This document shows, in pieces, positions 28,363-38,984 of a stretch of 64,000 nt of DNA. The position numbers were made by a program, and so were the translations under genes. Numbering within the stretch: position 1 is the first letter of the stretch; every line of letters begins with the position of its first letter. Under the pieces are notes generated by a model. That model saw only the letters and a list, made by a program, of their open reading frames with translations. It ran no database searches and had not been told where the DNA came from. Origin of the DNA: Cyanobacteria bacterium auto_48_18. Lineage in GTDB: Bacteria; Cyanobacteriota; Vampirovibrionia; Obscuribacterales; Obscuribacteraceae. The stretch covers positions 114,130-178,129 of the forward strand of contig JAVHQC010000020.1 of the NCBI GenBank assembly GCA_036170915.1. The letters run 5' to 3'.

Positions 28363-29535
28363 TTACACTTCGGCCGTCAGTACGCTGTAAAAACTGTCTA
28401 TTGTTGTAAGCAATGTTTTTTCGTCAATCAGAGCCATGACACTTGCTAAAAGTATGGCTGCGCCCGCTCCCACTCCTTCTTTGACGTGACCTAATTCGTA
28501 GGCTCGCAGTCCGGGGTGGCCCGATTCTGCCAGGCTTAAGTTTGATGCAACAAATGGAGCACCTACTAGTGCAGCCAGAGTAGCGGTATCAGCAGTAGTG
28601 TCACAGGCAACCCATTTTGTGGTGGCAACCAAAGTGTTAGCCAAGACGCGATTTTGTTTGGCGGCCATTTGCGAAGCCAGGGCATAAACCGCTAGCATTT
28701 GTGATCCACCGGCCAACACGGTGATCAATCCTTGTGATGACCGGGCAGTGACTAAGGCTACGGCAAATGCTTGCATAGGGTCGCCCACTGCGGCAATGGC
28801 GTCCAGCGGATCAGCCTTAAAATATTCACTGCTGTTGCCATTTAAATGTCTCCGGTTAGAAGCATTAGCAACTGCTCTTTTGGCCAGGGCGACTTTTTGC
28901 CCGTGATTACTTTTCACCAGGCTGCTGGAGAGCAAATTCTCGGCTTCAAAGCCAAGGGCGTGAAAAACGGCTTGAGCTGTGGTGGTGCCTCCAGGAACAC
29001 ACTCAGCTAAGACTACGATTTCTTCACTTGAGAGTTTTTCAGCCAAACTCAGACCAGAGTGAAAAAGCAATTTGATTTCGTCGTTAGTGAGGGCGTCGAC
29101 ATTGGCCTCAGCGTCTAGAGTGCGCCCGGGCTGTGCACCGGCTTTAATATGACTGACTGTGGGGCTGACAAAAGCACCACAATCGACAATGGTTGTTTTG
29201 TGCGGAATTAAACTCAGTGCCGCCCGCGCTAGCACCACTGGTGATGCTATTCCGCCAGGTGATTTGGGGATTTCTCCATTGTCCGAAGCCGATACAAGAG
29301 CGTCCGCGTCCAGAGCCGGAGTAAACCTGCGGGCTTGGGCCGTGACACCAGCGGCTGAAATGTTTTCAATATCGCTGACTGCTGTTCCTGCAAGCGCCAG
29401 CACAAAATGCATATGGCGGCACCGGCTAATGCGCTCGAGAAGCTTAGTTGCCGCGCCTCCTGCATCGAAGACTATGTTTGCACCATTTCTATAATGCGGA
29501 TGGCCGTTATGATTCAAGCGGCACCACACTGTCAC
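28363..29535 (-). CDS. cobT: Nicotinate-nucleotide:dimethylbenzimidazole phosphoribosyltransferase, cyanobacterial/archaeal type (start uncertain)
   Basis: ISAAG, ECVPGGTTTA, VGDPMQ, LAGGSQMLAV, TTKWV, YELGHVKEGVGAG. Confidence 0.9.
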   Translation of the reverse strand: MTVWCRLNHNGHPHYRNGANIVFDAGGAATKLLERISRCRHMHFVLALAGTAVSDIENISAAGVTAQARRFTPALDADALVSASDNGEIPKSPGGIASPVVLARAALSLIPHKTTIVDCGAFVSPTVSHIKAGAQPGRTLDAEANVDALTNDEIKLLFHSGLSLAEKLSSEEIVVLAECVPGGTTTAQAVFHALGFEAENLLSSSLVKSNHGQKVALAKRAVANASNRRHLNGNSSEYFKADPLDAIAAVGDPMQAFAVALVTARSSQGLITVLAGGSQMLAVYALASQMAAKQNRVLANTLVATTKWVACDTTADTATLAALVGAPFVASNLSLAESGHPGLRAYELGHVKEGVGAGAAILLASVMALIDEKTLLTTIDSFYSVLTAEV

Positions 29536-30460
29536 GCAGCACCTCGCAGAGCATGGCTACGCTCATCGGTATAACGATTAAACTAGACAGTCCCTGCCAG
29601 ATTTGCCAGGCATAACTCGTAAAATCGATTGTCAGAGTCGTTGGCGCTGGCTGAAATAGCAGAGGCACCGCATATGGTGTGGTAATGACGTAAACTGCTA
29701 TCGACACCAAAAGCGATACTATAGTTAATGCTGGTGAGGCAACGATGGAAAGCCATAGGCTCTCGATAGTTACCTCTTTCACGCTCTTGCTCAGCATAGT
29801 CGACATGGCCAAAACAGCCATTGAGTAATTGGACAATATCAATCCTACAATCAGCAGAGCTACTCCAGCACCAGTTTTTAAATTGTTTACCGGCTCAGGT
29901 GGTATCTGCAGTTGAGCGATCACTTCCGGTGTTAGACCTGTAACTACAGCAGAACAAGCACACCAGACGAACAGCAAGGGAATCATGATTACAGTGCTGG
30001 TAAGCCAGGCCTTTACTAAAGTGCCTTTATGAGCTCGTACCATTTCCAGCGCCTGAGAAAGATCTTGTTCAATTTTCGTCTGATAACCTGGTGCGCCAAT
30101 TTGACTGAGAGGAAATCTCAGGTAGGCTCTGGTGAAACCGGCCAGGCGCATGACCAGAATAAAGAGGGCGATGAGCATTAAGATGCCGGCAATCATTGAG
30201 GTAGCGCTAAAACCAATCAAAGCTGGAAAAAGCTTATTGGCGTCCATGACGTTGTCCGCTCCCGGCTTAACACCGCTAAGTACCTGTAAGCCAGCGGTCA
30301 ACAGTAATGAGCCGAGGGTGCTCAAAATCACTGGTGCTTTGAAGTAGCGCACAAAGGCCAGGGCAAAAGCGAAAGTGTGACGCCACCATGAGGCTCGAAA
30401 GAAGCGTTTCATCGCTGCAAAACTTTGCCATTTAGATGGTTTTTCGTTGCTATCCGTCAT
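29507..30460 (-). CDS. Hypothetical polytopic membrane protein
   Basis: 317-aa ORF with about 6 hydrophobic segments. Confidence 0.75.
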   Translation of the reverse strand: MTDSNEKPSKWQSFAAMKRFFRASWWRHTFAFALAFVRYFKAPVILSTLGSLLLTAGLQVLSGVKPGADNVMDANKLFPALIGFSATSMIAGILMLIALFILVMRLAGFTRAYLRFPLSQIGAPGYQTKIEQDLSQALEMVRAHKGTLVKAWLTSTVIMIPLLFVWCACSAVVTGLTPEVIAQLQIPPEPVNNLKTGAGVALLIVGLILSNYSMAVLAMSTMLSKSVKEVTIESLWLSIVASPALTIVSLLVSIAVYVITTPYAVPLLFQPAPTTLTIDFTSYAWQIWQGLSSLIVIPMSVAMLCEVLRDSVVPLES

Positions 30461-30706
30461 GTTGCTTCAAAAATGGAAATCATTAAATGCTATTTACCGC
30501 TGTCGTGTTTATGCCGAAAAAAACGGAAACTATGCCAGGGTGCTGCATCTCAGCTTGCTTGAGTTTTCAGTGCGGCAACCGGGCGCAATAATAGGAGCTT
30601 ACAGTAAGGGAGTCTAAGATGAATTCTTGACAAATTGTGCCATGATTCCAACAGGAAGTCGAAGCAAGCGCCGAACGTACAAGGCCATACAGGGAAACAG
30701 ACAAAA

Positions 30707-31786
30707 ATGATTTTGTCGCTGGGAAATGCCAACCAAGAGATTGTAGACAGGGTTTGTCAGAACCTGACTGATCGCGGCCTGGAAAACAAAGTGGTGCGCT
30801 GCGCTAAGACAACGCTGGTGGTTGTGCTTTCTGACGCTGACACACTGCCTGGTCACATTTTTAGTCAAATGGAAGGCGTACAGAAAGTTGTGCGCATGAG
30901 CAACAGCCCCCTAGTTAAAGATGTAACTCCAGGGTCGATAAGTATTTCCGCAGGAGAGCAGCTCGTCGAACTGGGTGGCGGATTGCCACCGGTGATGATC
31001 GCCGGGCCTTGCGCCATTGAAAGTCGCGAACAGATTCTTGAACTGGCTAAGGCGGTTAAGAGCGCAGGTGCTGTGGCCCTTCGCGGTGGTGCTTACAAGC
31101 CACGCACTTCACCTTACGATTTTCAGGGCCTGGGTCTTGATGGCCTCAAGTATATGAAAGAAGCCGGTTTGCAAAACGGGCTGCCTGTTATTAGCGAAGT
31201 GGTCTCTATCGAACAAATTGAACCGTCGGCGCCCTATATCGATGTTTTTCAGGTCGGCGCTCGCAATATGTTCAACTATGAGCTTTTAAAAGAGCTTGGC
31301 CGCCAGCGCAAACCAGTTCTGCTTAAGCGCGGCATGTCGGCCACTATCGACGAACTTTTGCAAGCAGCCGAATATATTTTACTGCAAGGCAATTTGCAGG
31401 TGATTTTATGCGAACGTGGCATTCGCACTTTTGAAAATCGCACTCGCAATACGCTCGATCTTTCTGCTGTGCCTGTTCTTAAGTCTTTGACTAGCCTGCC
31501 GGTGGTGGTAGATCCCTCTCACGCTGTAGGCAAACGCGACTTCATTGCACCACTTTCTCGAGCCGCCATCGCCTGTGGTGCTGATGGTTTAATCGTAGAG
31601 AGCCATTGCACCCCTGATCAGTCAATCTCTGATGCTGCTCAGGCTATTACTCCTGAAGTGCTCGCAGGCATAGTTAATGACGCCGCCACTATTTTCCATG
31701 CTCTTAATCCAGGCTACGTAGCCAGTGCTTCCGGCTTGAATGCGAACTCCGGTCTTGGTGCTTCGCGCTTTGCCGTAGCGAAATAA
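30707..31786 (+). CDS. aroF: DAHP synthase type I-beta with N-terminal regulatory domain
   Basis: [49 protein letters not shown] 30707 preferred. Confidence 0.95.
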   Translation: MILSLGNANQEIVDRVCQNLTDRGLENKVVRCAKTTLVVVLSDADTLPGHIFSQMEGVQKVVRMSNSPLVKDVTPGSISISAGEQLVELGGGLPPVMIAGPCAIESREQILELAKAVKSAGAVALRGGAYKPRTSPYDFQGLGLDGLKYMKEAGLQNGLPVISEVVSIEQIEPSAPYIDVFQVGARNMFNYELLKELGRQRKPVLLKRGMSATIDELLQAAEYILLQGNLQVILCERGIRTFENRTRNTLDLSAVPVLKSLTSLPVVVDPSHAVGKRDFIAPLSRAAIACGADGLIVESHCTPDQSISDAAQAITPEVLAGIVNDAATIFHALNPGYVASASGLNANSGLGASRFAVAK

Positions 31787-31812
31787 GTTTCAGCCGAATC
31801 AGTGTCAGACTT

Positions 31813-31856
31813 GAACTTAGAATTTAAACTCAGAACCTAAACTCAGAACTTAAACT
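31813..31856. repeat. Intergenic 13-bp tandem repeat (about 3.4 units)
   Basis: GAACTTAGAATTT AAACTCAGAACCT AAACTCAGAACTT AAACT between convergent genes. Confidence 0.7.
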
Positions 31857-31859
31857 GTC

Positions 31860-34541
31860 TTAGCGCTGAGTATTTCTTTCTGGCCCAAATTTATCGAGAA
31901 TCTTGACGAAATTATCGTTAACGGCGATTTCGTCAGGCACTGCGCCATAGGTGTCTGCCACCATCTTTTTGTAGACCGGTCTGCCGCCTGCATTATTGCC
32001 TTTATTGAGCTGCACTTTAACGCCGTTTTCATAAATCGGTTTGAGCACCACCATTCCGGCAATGTCGTCCACATTGTTGGTGAAGCGGTTGAAACCGGCT
32101 CCATCAGCGCCAACACCATGTTCGGCCAGGCGAGAGACCTCAATGAAATGCGGTGAGCGTGTGCCAGGTTGATTAATGAAGCGGCCGTTTTTGCCGAAGA
32201 GCACAATTGTGCCGTCTTCCGGCAAGGTGCCATTGTTCTGGCGGTTGAGAATTTCTTTGAGCACTGGTTGGTTCTCGGCAAAATCATGCAACTGGCGATT
32301 TCTGGTTTCGTCCAGCAATCTGGTTTTTGATTCGAGGTGTTGTTGAATTTCGGCCAGGCGTTTTTCAGGAGAGCCATTACTTACGCCGCGGCCTGGTTCG
32401 CGCAAATCGGCGAGTTTTTCGCGGAAGCCTTTGTATGAGTTTGGCAGGCCGTTCATCATGCCTTCCAGTTCAGCCACAGATTGAGTGGCTATCTGTCCGC
32501 GTTTGCCAGAATCGGCTGTCTGAGCCAATTCTTTTGAAACAGCTTTAGCGTACTGTGAAACTACTTTTAGAGCACGGGTGTAGGATGGTCCACGATCGCC
32601 GCCCAGTTCTGTTTGTGCATTTTGAATATTCTTTTCGGCTTTCAATCTGGTCTCAGCCAGTGATTCGCCGGGTCTGGCTTTGTATACATTGCTGTCAATT
32701 TCGAGAATGGTTTTTCTGTTGACTTCAATTTCACGCACCAGTTTATTTGCTTCCACAATGGCGTGAGCGTTACTTCTGGCTGTTTCTAAAGCTGGGCTGA
32801 CCTTCACGGTCTCTACGGGTTTAATAGCATCTGGAGCTTTTTCGCTCACCACTTCTGCGGGCTTGGAGGTGGTTTCGCGAGCTACAGGCTCCTTAACAAC
32901 AACAGGCTGTTCTTTAGCAACAACAGGCTGCTCTTTAGCAACTACAGGCTGCTCTTTAACGACTACAGGCTCAGTTTTGGCTTTTACTTCGGCCAGGGCC
33001 TCGGCGATGGCCGTGCGACCGCTATCTTTTACAACTACTTCAGGGGCTACTTCAGCAGCTGGTTTAGTCGCAACAACTTTTTCTACTGGCTGTACTTGTT
33101 CTGCTTGCTTTGCTGGCTGTGCTTTCTCGACTTTGACTAATTTAGTGGGGTCGGCTTCCAGCTCAGACATGCGCTTCTGGTGGCTGGTGACAAGCTCTTG
33201 AGCGCTGGCATTCAAGGTCTCGCGCTGAGTGCGTACAGTGCCCAGTTCAGCTTCGGTGGCTTTGATTTGCTCGTCGAGCAAAGCAATTTTGCCTGGCTTC
33301 GCTTGTTCGGCGGCAGTGAGAGCTAACTCGGCTTCACTGACTCGCTGTTTGGCGCGAGTCATGGCTTCCGGTCCGCCCATGGCTTTAGCTTCTTCAAAAG
33401 CGGTTTTTGCGTTGCGGAAATCTTGATTCTTGCTGTCGAATGCTTGTTTTTCGGCAGTTGGTTTGCCATCAGGGGTGGTGGCTTCAGTAATTTTGCCGCG
33501 CAGTTCTTCTCTTTCGCGGAACAATCTGTCGTGCTCACGGCGTTTGGGCTCAATGGTGCGAGCGACTTCTTCCGTTGCCCTAAGATTTTCTTGAGCGCGG
33601 CTCAGTTGACCTTTTTCGGCAGGCGCACCGGTCAGTGCGTCTTTCTCTTGCAACTGTTTGGCTATTTTGCTGGTGAGCTGAGTCTCTCTGGTGGCCAGAG
33701 TGAGGTTTTGATGATGGGCATCGGTGAGCTTGCCTTTGAGATCGACAATGACACCATCTTCGCTCAGCGCTGCTTTTTTCAGCTGCACTTGCAAATCTGT
33801 AAATGAGGCGGCCGCTTTGGGTTTGGTATTTACCAGTTCTTTGACTTGCTCAAAGACACCAGTGGCGCCACCTTTTTCTTTGCCGGCAAAGCTGCGCGAT
33901 GATAGGCCGCTGACATTCTCAGTGCCCAAGAATTCTGTCACTTTGCCGATGTGAGTCTTACCGGCAGAAATTGCGTCTACATGCCAGTTGCTTTTAATTG
34001 TGGACATTCCGGCTTTCATACCGAGACCACCAGCAGTGCCAGCCAGAGCTACGTCAAATAAAATCGCTCCGCCGCTATTGGCCACCGCTTTGCGATTGGC
34101 TTCCAGGTTGGATCCCGAGTGATATGCGTCGCTGACAGCATTGAAAGTTGCTTGCGGTCTGCCGGCATTGAATTCGCTATATACCCAGGCAGCGCCCATG
34201 CCGAGCCCTGCTGTTATTGCTCCAGCCTTACCGTATTTGCCCATTTTTGACACGGCCGACAGGCCGTAACCGACTGCAAAACTCTCAGCCACAGTAGTGG
34301 CAGTCTGCAATTTATTTTCTGCTGAGTGTGTAATACCATTGCTCATTCCGTCCAATAGGCCGCCAGCCAGGACCGATGTTGCTCTGACGGTGCCCGACAG
34401 GCCTCCGTCAGTTTTTGTACTTGGATTTAGCATTTCCAGAGACAGACGCGAACGCGATTCGTTGTTGACTAAATCACCATCACTTTTGATTTTATCGGGG
34501 TCAACCGTAATTTCTTTGGCGTGATTCGCGGTTTGTGGCAT
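31860..34541 (-). CDS. Large hypothetical protein: Gly/Ala-rich hydrophobic N-terminus, long coiled coil, repeat linker, globular C-terminus
   Basis: 893-aa ORF, GGAG RBS, EQPVV(A/V)K repeats. Confidence 0.85.
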   Translation of the reverse strand: MPQTANHAKEITVDPDKIKSDGDLVNNESRSRLSLEMLNPSTKTDGGLSGTVRATSVLAGGLLDGMSNGITHSAENKLQTATTVAESFAVGYGLSAVSKMGKYGKAGAITAGLGMGAAWVYSEFNAGRPQATFNAVSDAYHSGSNLEANRKAVANSGGAILFDVALAGTAGGLGMKAGMSTIKSNWHVDAISAGKTHIGKVTEFLGTENVSGLSSRSFAGKEKGGATGVFEQVKELVNTKPKAAASFTDLQVQLKKAALSEDGVIVDLKGKLTDAHHQNLTLATRETQLTSKIAKQLQEKDALTGAPAEKGQLSRAQENLRATEEVARTIEPKRREHDRLFREREELRGKITEATTPDGKPTAEKQAFDSKNQDFRNAKTAFEEAKAMGGPEAMTRAKQRVSEAELALTAAEQAKPGKIALLDEQIKATEAELGTVRTQRETLNASAQELVTSHQKRMSELEADPTKLVKVEKAQPAKQAEQVQPVEKVVATKPAAEVAPEVVVKDSGRTAIAEALAEVKAKTEPVVVKEQPVVAKEQPVVAKEQPVVVKEPVARETTSKPAEVVSEKAPDAIKPVETVKVSPALETARSNAHAIVEANKLVREIEVNRKTILEIDSNVYKARPGESLAETRLKAEKNIQNAQTELGGDRGPSYTRALKVVSQYAKAVSKELAQTADSGKRGQIATQSVAELEGMMNGLPNSYKGFREKLADLREPGRGVSNGSPEKRLAEIQQHLESKTRLLDETRNRQLHDFAENQPVLKEILNRQNNGTLPEDGTIVLFGKNGRFINQPGTRSPHFIEVSRLAEHGVGADGAGFNRFTNNVDDIAGMVVLKPIYENGVKVQLNKGNNAGGRPVYKKMVADTYGAVPDEIAVNDNFVKILDKFGPERNTQR
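32880..32972 (-). repeat. Coding 21-nt repeat, EPVVVK-EQPVVAK-EQPVVAK-EQPVVVK-EPVA
   Basis: Recurring acaggctgytcttta units on the + strand. Confidence 0.85.
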
Positions 34542-34824
34542 GGGCTAGGTTCTCCAAGAAAATTGTGGCTTGTCAGCTAGTGACTTTGCCTTCCACTGGT
34601 TTCGGGGTTTGTGATAGGCATCTTAAGTGCCTGCCAAGAGCAAGTCGATTGGGGAAAATCCCCATCACTCCGTAGTCCTCCCATGCCTGAAGATGAAATT
34701 GGCACCTGTGCCTGTCCCCTCAGAACTGCAGGCCAAATTCATTTTTTCTACCGACCTATATATAGAAGTGGCAGCATTGCTAAACAGCGCCATAAATTGC
34801 TAGATTGACTCCCTGAAACAATTT

Positions 34825-36249
34825 TTGTCTTATATAGAGGGAATTAGCCGCTTGCTCACTGGAATACTATGCCTGGCAGTTTTTCTGGTCATGGCTATGT
34901 TCATGTATGCCAGGCGAATTTCAGCACTGCTGGCCTTGCCCATTATGGCTTTTGCCATAGCTTTGATTGGCGGCGTCGAGCCCAAAAATATTGTCAAAGA
35001 TGTGCTCAGTGCAGGCTCACTTAAATTGCATGCCGCCTATACCACAACTATGTTCGGAGCAATGCTGGCCGAGCTCATGAATAAACACGGCATGGCCCGC
35101 GCCCTGGTGCGCTGGGTGGCAGAGTTTGCCGGTGATAATCCGTATTTACTGGGCATTTTGCTCACTGCTGTGACCGCCCTTCTGTTCTCCACCCTGGGGG
35201 GCTTAGGGGCTGTAATCATGGTAGGCACCATCATTTTGCCGGTGATGCTTTCTTTAGGCATTCCCGCTCTAGGAGCTGCCGGACTTTTTCTTTTTGGCAT
35301 ATCGCTGGGGGGAATGTTCAATCTGACTAACTGGCAGCTCTATACCGATGTTTTGAAAGTAGAGCAAGCAGCCATCGTCTCATTTGTCGCCCCTTTTGCT
35401 TTGATAATTTGTTTTGTGGTGTTGCTCTTTCTGGCTGTGGAATTAAAAGATCGGCGCAATTTGAAATTCCTCGGTATAGGGGCGCTTCTCTTAGCCGGGC
35501 TTTATCCACTATTGGCTCAATTTACTCCAGCAGGCCCGGCAGCAAAAGAGCCGCCCCCGGTGTCGTATGTGGTGGCGGGCGTAAGTCTTCTTGCTCTCAG
35601 TCTATTTGCGCTCTTGCGTCATCTACGCAGAAGCACCAATCTGCCTGGTATCGCCTTGCTCACTCCTGTTATTCCGCTCTTTTTTGTACTGGTTTTTCGC
35701 TGGGAAATCATTCCTGCCTTTATCATTGGTCTGGTTTTTGGTGTGCTCACCACCTGGTGTAATCAGTCAATTAATTTGCTCACGCGATCAATTATCGACG
35801 GCGTCAGCAATGTTATTCCAGCTGTGCTTTTGATGATGGGCATTGGCATGCTGATTACGGCGGTGATGGATCCCAAAGTTTCCGACGCCATTGCACCGAT
35901 TATCAAAGCTGTAGTGCCGGTGACACCTCTGGCATACATACTGGTATTTGCTCTGGCTTCACCACTGGCTCTCTATCGCGGTCCACTAAGCTTGTGGGGC
36001 ATGGGCAGCGGCCTTGTGGCGCTGACTGTAAAAGTAACCACGCTCACTCCGCAGGCGATTATGGGAATGCTCATGTCTGTTGGTCAGGTGCAGGGTGTGT
36101 GTGACCCGACCAATACTCAAAATATCTGGATTGCAACTTATCTTGGTGTGGACACTCAAGCGATTTTGCGCAAGACCATGCCTTACGCCCTGATCGCCGT
36201 GGTACTGGGCCTCACTCTTTCAGTGGTGAAAGGTTTTGTGCCATGGTAA
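34825..36249 (+). CDS. Secondary transporter, probably ion-transporter superfamily (GntP/CitMHS-like)
   Basis: More than 10 TM segments, FGAMLAELM..HGMARALV, CDPTNTQN; stop overlaps the next gene. Confidence 0.75.
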   Translation: MSYIEGISRLLTGILCLAVFLVMAMFMYARRISALLALPIMAFAIALIGGVEPKNIVKDVLSAGSLKLHAAYTTTMFGAMLAELMNKHGMARALVRWVAEFAGDNPYLLGILLTAVTALLFSTLGGLGAVIMVGTIILPVMLSLGIPALGAAGLFLFGISLGGMFNLTNWQLYTDVLKVEQAAIVSFVAPFALIICFVVLLFLAVELKDRRNLKFLGIGALLLAGLYPLLAQFTPAGPAAKEPPPVSYVVAGVSLLALSLFALLRHLRRSTNLPGIALLTPVIPLFFVLVFRWEIIPAFIIGLVFGVLTTWCNQSINLLTRSIIDGVSNVIPAVLLMMGIGMLITAVMDPKVSDAIAPIIKAVVPVTPLAYILVFALASPLALYRGPLSLWGMGSGLVALTVKVTTLTPQAIMGMLMSVGQVQGVCDPTNTQNIWIATYLGVDTQAILRKTMPYALIAVVLGLTLSVVKGFVPW

Positions 36250-38477
36250 TTAACTCACAAGAGCATAATCAACATACTCGTGTTCACGTCGAGCGTGAAA
36301 ATCTTAGCGCTGATACTCTCTATCGCATTGGTATCGACGTTGGTGGCACATTCACCCATGCTGTGGCCATCGACTCATCTTCGGCCAGTCTGGTGGCGAA
36401 GGCCATGGTGCCCACCAGTCACCGCGCCGCTGCTGGTGTGGCCGCCGGCATTGTCGAAGCTTTGCATCTGCTTTTGCAGTCTGCCAAAATTGCCCCGGCT
36501 TCTGTCAGCTTTATTGCTCATAGTACTACTCAGGCCACCAATGCATTGCTCGAGGGTGATCTTGCTCATGTGGGCATTATTGGTATGGGTACCGGTGCTA
36601 ATGCCATTTTAGCCAGAGCCTCAACCAAGTTAGGGCGAGTGCCGGTAGCGGCTGGGTGCTATCTGGAGACAAGCCATAGATTTATCGACACAGCGGTGAT
36701 AACACCAGATCTGGTGCGCAAGACAATTCTGGAATTAAAATCATTCGGCTGCACCGCCATTGCTGCCAGCGAGGCATTCGCACCAGATCAACCGCAAAGC
36801 GAGCAAATGGTTTTGTCCATCGCCGCAGAACTGGGCATGCTGGCCACAGCCGGAGCTGAGGTGAGTCAGCTTTATGGTTTGAAAGTGCGCACGCGCACTG
36901 CCGCCATAAACGCCGGAATTTTACCCAAGATGATCGAGAGCGCCGACCTGACCGAAAAAAGTGTGCGTGAGGCCGGCATTAGTGCTCCGATTATGATCAT
37001 GCGCTCTGATGGTGGTGTGATGGACATCGCCGCCATGCGCAAACGTCCCATTCTTTCAATTTTGTCAGGACCAGCTGCTGGTGTGGCTGCAGCCATGATG
37101 TTTTTGCGTATCTCTGATGGAGTGTTTTTAGAAGTTGGAGGCACCAGCACAGATATTTCAGCAATTGCCAACGGCCGCGCCTTAATCAGATCTGCTGAAA
37201 TAGGTGGCCATCGCATCTATATGCGCACCCTTGATGTGCGCACCGTGGGAGTGGCTGGTGGATCACTCAGTCGTATCGATAAAGAAATAACTCATGTGGG
37301 CCCTCGCAGTGCTCACATAGCCAATCTCGCTTACGCTTCTTTTAGCCCTCCGGCAGCTGAAGGCGAAAACTTTAAAGTTGAAACTTTAAGTCCCCTGGCA
37401 AAAGATCCCGCCGATTATCTGGCCCTGAGCCGCTCCGGCGCCGGCAATACTGATAGCAAGTTCAGCCTCACCCCCACTTGCGCAGCCAATTTGCTTGGCC
37501 TGGTGCCCGAAGGCGACTGCGCTCGCGGCAATATTGAGACCATTAAGCAGAGCTTTAGCGCTCTGGGCAAACATCTCAAAAGCGGGTCAGAAGAGCAATT
37601 GGCCGAACGTATACAAAAATTGGCAGCGGCTCAGTGTATTCCTGTTGTGAAAAAATTGATTGCCGAACACAAGCTTGATGCTGAACTGGTTACTTTAGTT
37701 GGTGGCGGCGGCGGTGCCGCGGCAATTGTTCCTTATGTTGCGAAAGAAATGGGTTTGCGTTTTCAGCTGGCTCAACACGCCGATGTCATTTCGGCTATCG
37801 GTGTGGCTATGGCCCTGATTCGCGAGACTGTTGAGCGCCAGGTGGCCAATGTTGCTTCTGCCAATGAAACCATTTTAGCTATGCGACAAGAAGTATTTGA
37901 CGCCGTGCAAAAAATGGGAGCTGACCCTGCCACCATTGAAGTGCATGTGGAAATCGACAGCAAGACCTCAATTGTTAGGGCCACCGCCAGCGGTGCGACA
38001 AAATTAGCGGTGGGTGAGGCGCGTGTCACCCTCAACGCAGAAGAACGCACCGCTCTGGTGGCTGATTCAATGCGAGTTGAGCGTAGCGAAGTGGAAAACC
38101 TTTGCAGCAACGAATATTTTACGGTCTACGCTGCCAGACGCAAAGTGCATTCAGGTTTACTCAGTCTTTTTTCCGCCACCAGGCAAGCTTTGCGTGTGCT
38201 AGACAAAGAAGGCAGCATTCGCTTGCAAGCTGCCAGCGGCGACGCCCGGGCTGCAACTCGCGAAGAAGCGGAAGCGGCAGTGCTCAGTTTAATTGAGGCC
38301 CATGCCACCTGGGGTGATGCCGGCAAAACTATTCCCACAATGATTTTATTTGTCGGTGCCAAAATTATCGATTTGTCGGGTCTGCTTGATCAAGAGCAAG
38401 TAATCGCTCTGGCCCGCGCTGAATTAGCCAATGTGCCAGTGGGCTCGACTGTCGTAATCGTTGCCAAGCTTACTTGA
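36243..38477 (+). CDS. Hydantoinase/oxoprolinase A-subunit family protein
   Basis: IGIDVGGTFTH, HSTTQATNALLEG, LSGPAAG, EVGGTSTDI, VGVAGGS. Confidence 0.88.
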   Translation: MVINSQEHNQHTRVHVERENLSADTLYRIGIDVGGTFTHAVAIDSSSASLVAKAMVPTSHRAAAGVAAGIVEALHLLLQSAKIAPASVSFIAHSTTQATNALLEGDLAHVGIIGMGTGANAILARASTKLGRVPVAAGCYLETSHRFIDTAVITPDLVRKTILELKSFGCTAIAASEAFAPDQPQSEQMVLSIAAELGMLATAGAEVSQLYGLKVRTRTAAINAGILPKMIESADLTEKSVREAGISAPIMIMRSDGGVMDIAAMRKRPILSILSGPAAGVAAAMMFLRISDGVFLEVGGTSTDISAIANGRALIRSAEIGGHRIYMRTLDVRTVGVAGGSLSRIDKEITHVGPRSAHIANLAYASFSPPAAEGENFKVETLSPLAKDPADYLALSRSGAGNTDSKFSLTPTCAANLLGLVPEGDCARGNIETIKQSFSALGKHLKSGSEEQLAERIQKLAAAQCIPVVKKLIAEHKLDAELVTLVGGGGGAAAIVPYVAKEMGLRFQLAQHADVISAIGVAMALIRETVERQVANVASANETILAMRQEVFDAVQKMGADPATIEVHVEIDSKTSIVRATASGATKLAVGEARVTLNAEERTALVADSMRVERSEVENLCSNEYFTVYAARRKVHSGLLSLFSATRQALRVLDKEGSIRLQAASGDARAATREEAEAAVLSLIEAHATWGDAGKTIPTMILFVGAKIIDLSGLLDQEQVIALARAELANVPVGSTVVIVAKLT

Positions 38478-38863
38478 TGGACAATTCTTTCGACTGTAAA
38501 GCGCCGCTATTTGTCCGCGGTATTGAAGAGTTTAATCGCCAGGATTTCTATGAATGTCATGAGACTTTAGAAGAATACTGGAATACTTTGCCGGCAAGTT
38601 TACCTGAGCGGCAATTGGTGCAGGGCATCATTCAGATTGCGGTGGGTTTTTATCATCTCAAGCGCGACAATGTCAAGGGAACGCTCAAGCTTTTTACTCG
38701 CGGTAACGACCGGCTGATTAGTTCTAGCAATTTTGTTGCTGGTCTCGATGTGGGGCCGTGCTCAGCCGCTGTGGCCGCCAATATTGCCTTGCTCGAAGGG
38801 GGCTGCGCCTTTGACGACGCCCGTTTGACGGTGCCCGTGATTGGCCAAAATTCACTTCTGTAA
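38477..38863 (+). CDS. DUF309 domain protein
   Basis: GIEEFN..DFYECHETLEEYW, QGIIQIAVGFYH. Confidence 0.88.
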   Translation: MDNSFDCKAPLFVRGIEEFNRQDFYECHETLEEYWNTLPASLPERQLVQGIIQIAVGFYHLKRDNVKGTLKLFTRGNDRLISSSNFVAGLDVGPCSAAVAANIALLEGGCAFDDARLTVPVIGQNSLL

Positions 38864-38984
38864 TGGCAAATTCAAATCTTCCTCTCTATACGTTGTTGAA
38901 TTGAAGTCAACCAGCTATTATCAGAGTTTGGGCGCGATATAAATCAGGCGCTCGGTAACTAGGCTCGAATTACTAAAACTGAAC

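Noticed and set aside
30627..30706. Attenuator leader peptide for DAHP synthase
   Set aside because: No short ORF enriched in Phe/Tyr/Trp codons and no terminator hairpin; the TTGACA has no properly spaced -10.
31850..32377. 175-aa alternative-frame ORF within the 893-aa gene (possible frameshift product or immunity gene)
   Set aside because: Almost fully nested on the same strand, with no RBS or slippery site noticed and an atypical composition.
34753..34768. Possible NrdR box (CTATATATAG core) upstream of the transporter operon
   Set aside because: Flanks do not match, there is no clear tandem second box, the target is not a ribonucleotide reductase gene, and AT-rich cores arise by chance.
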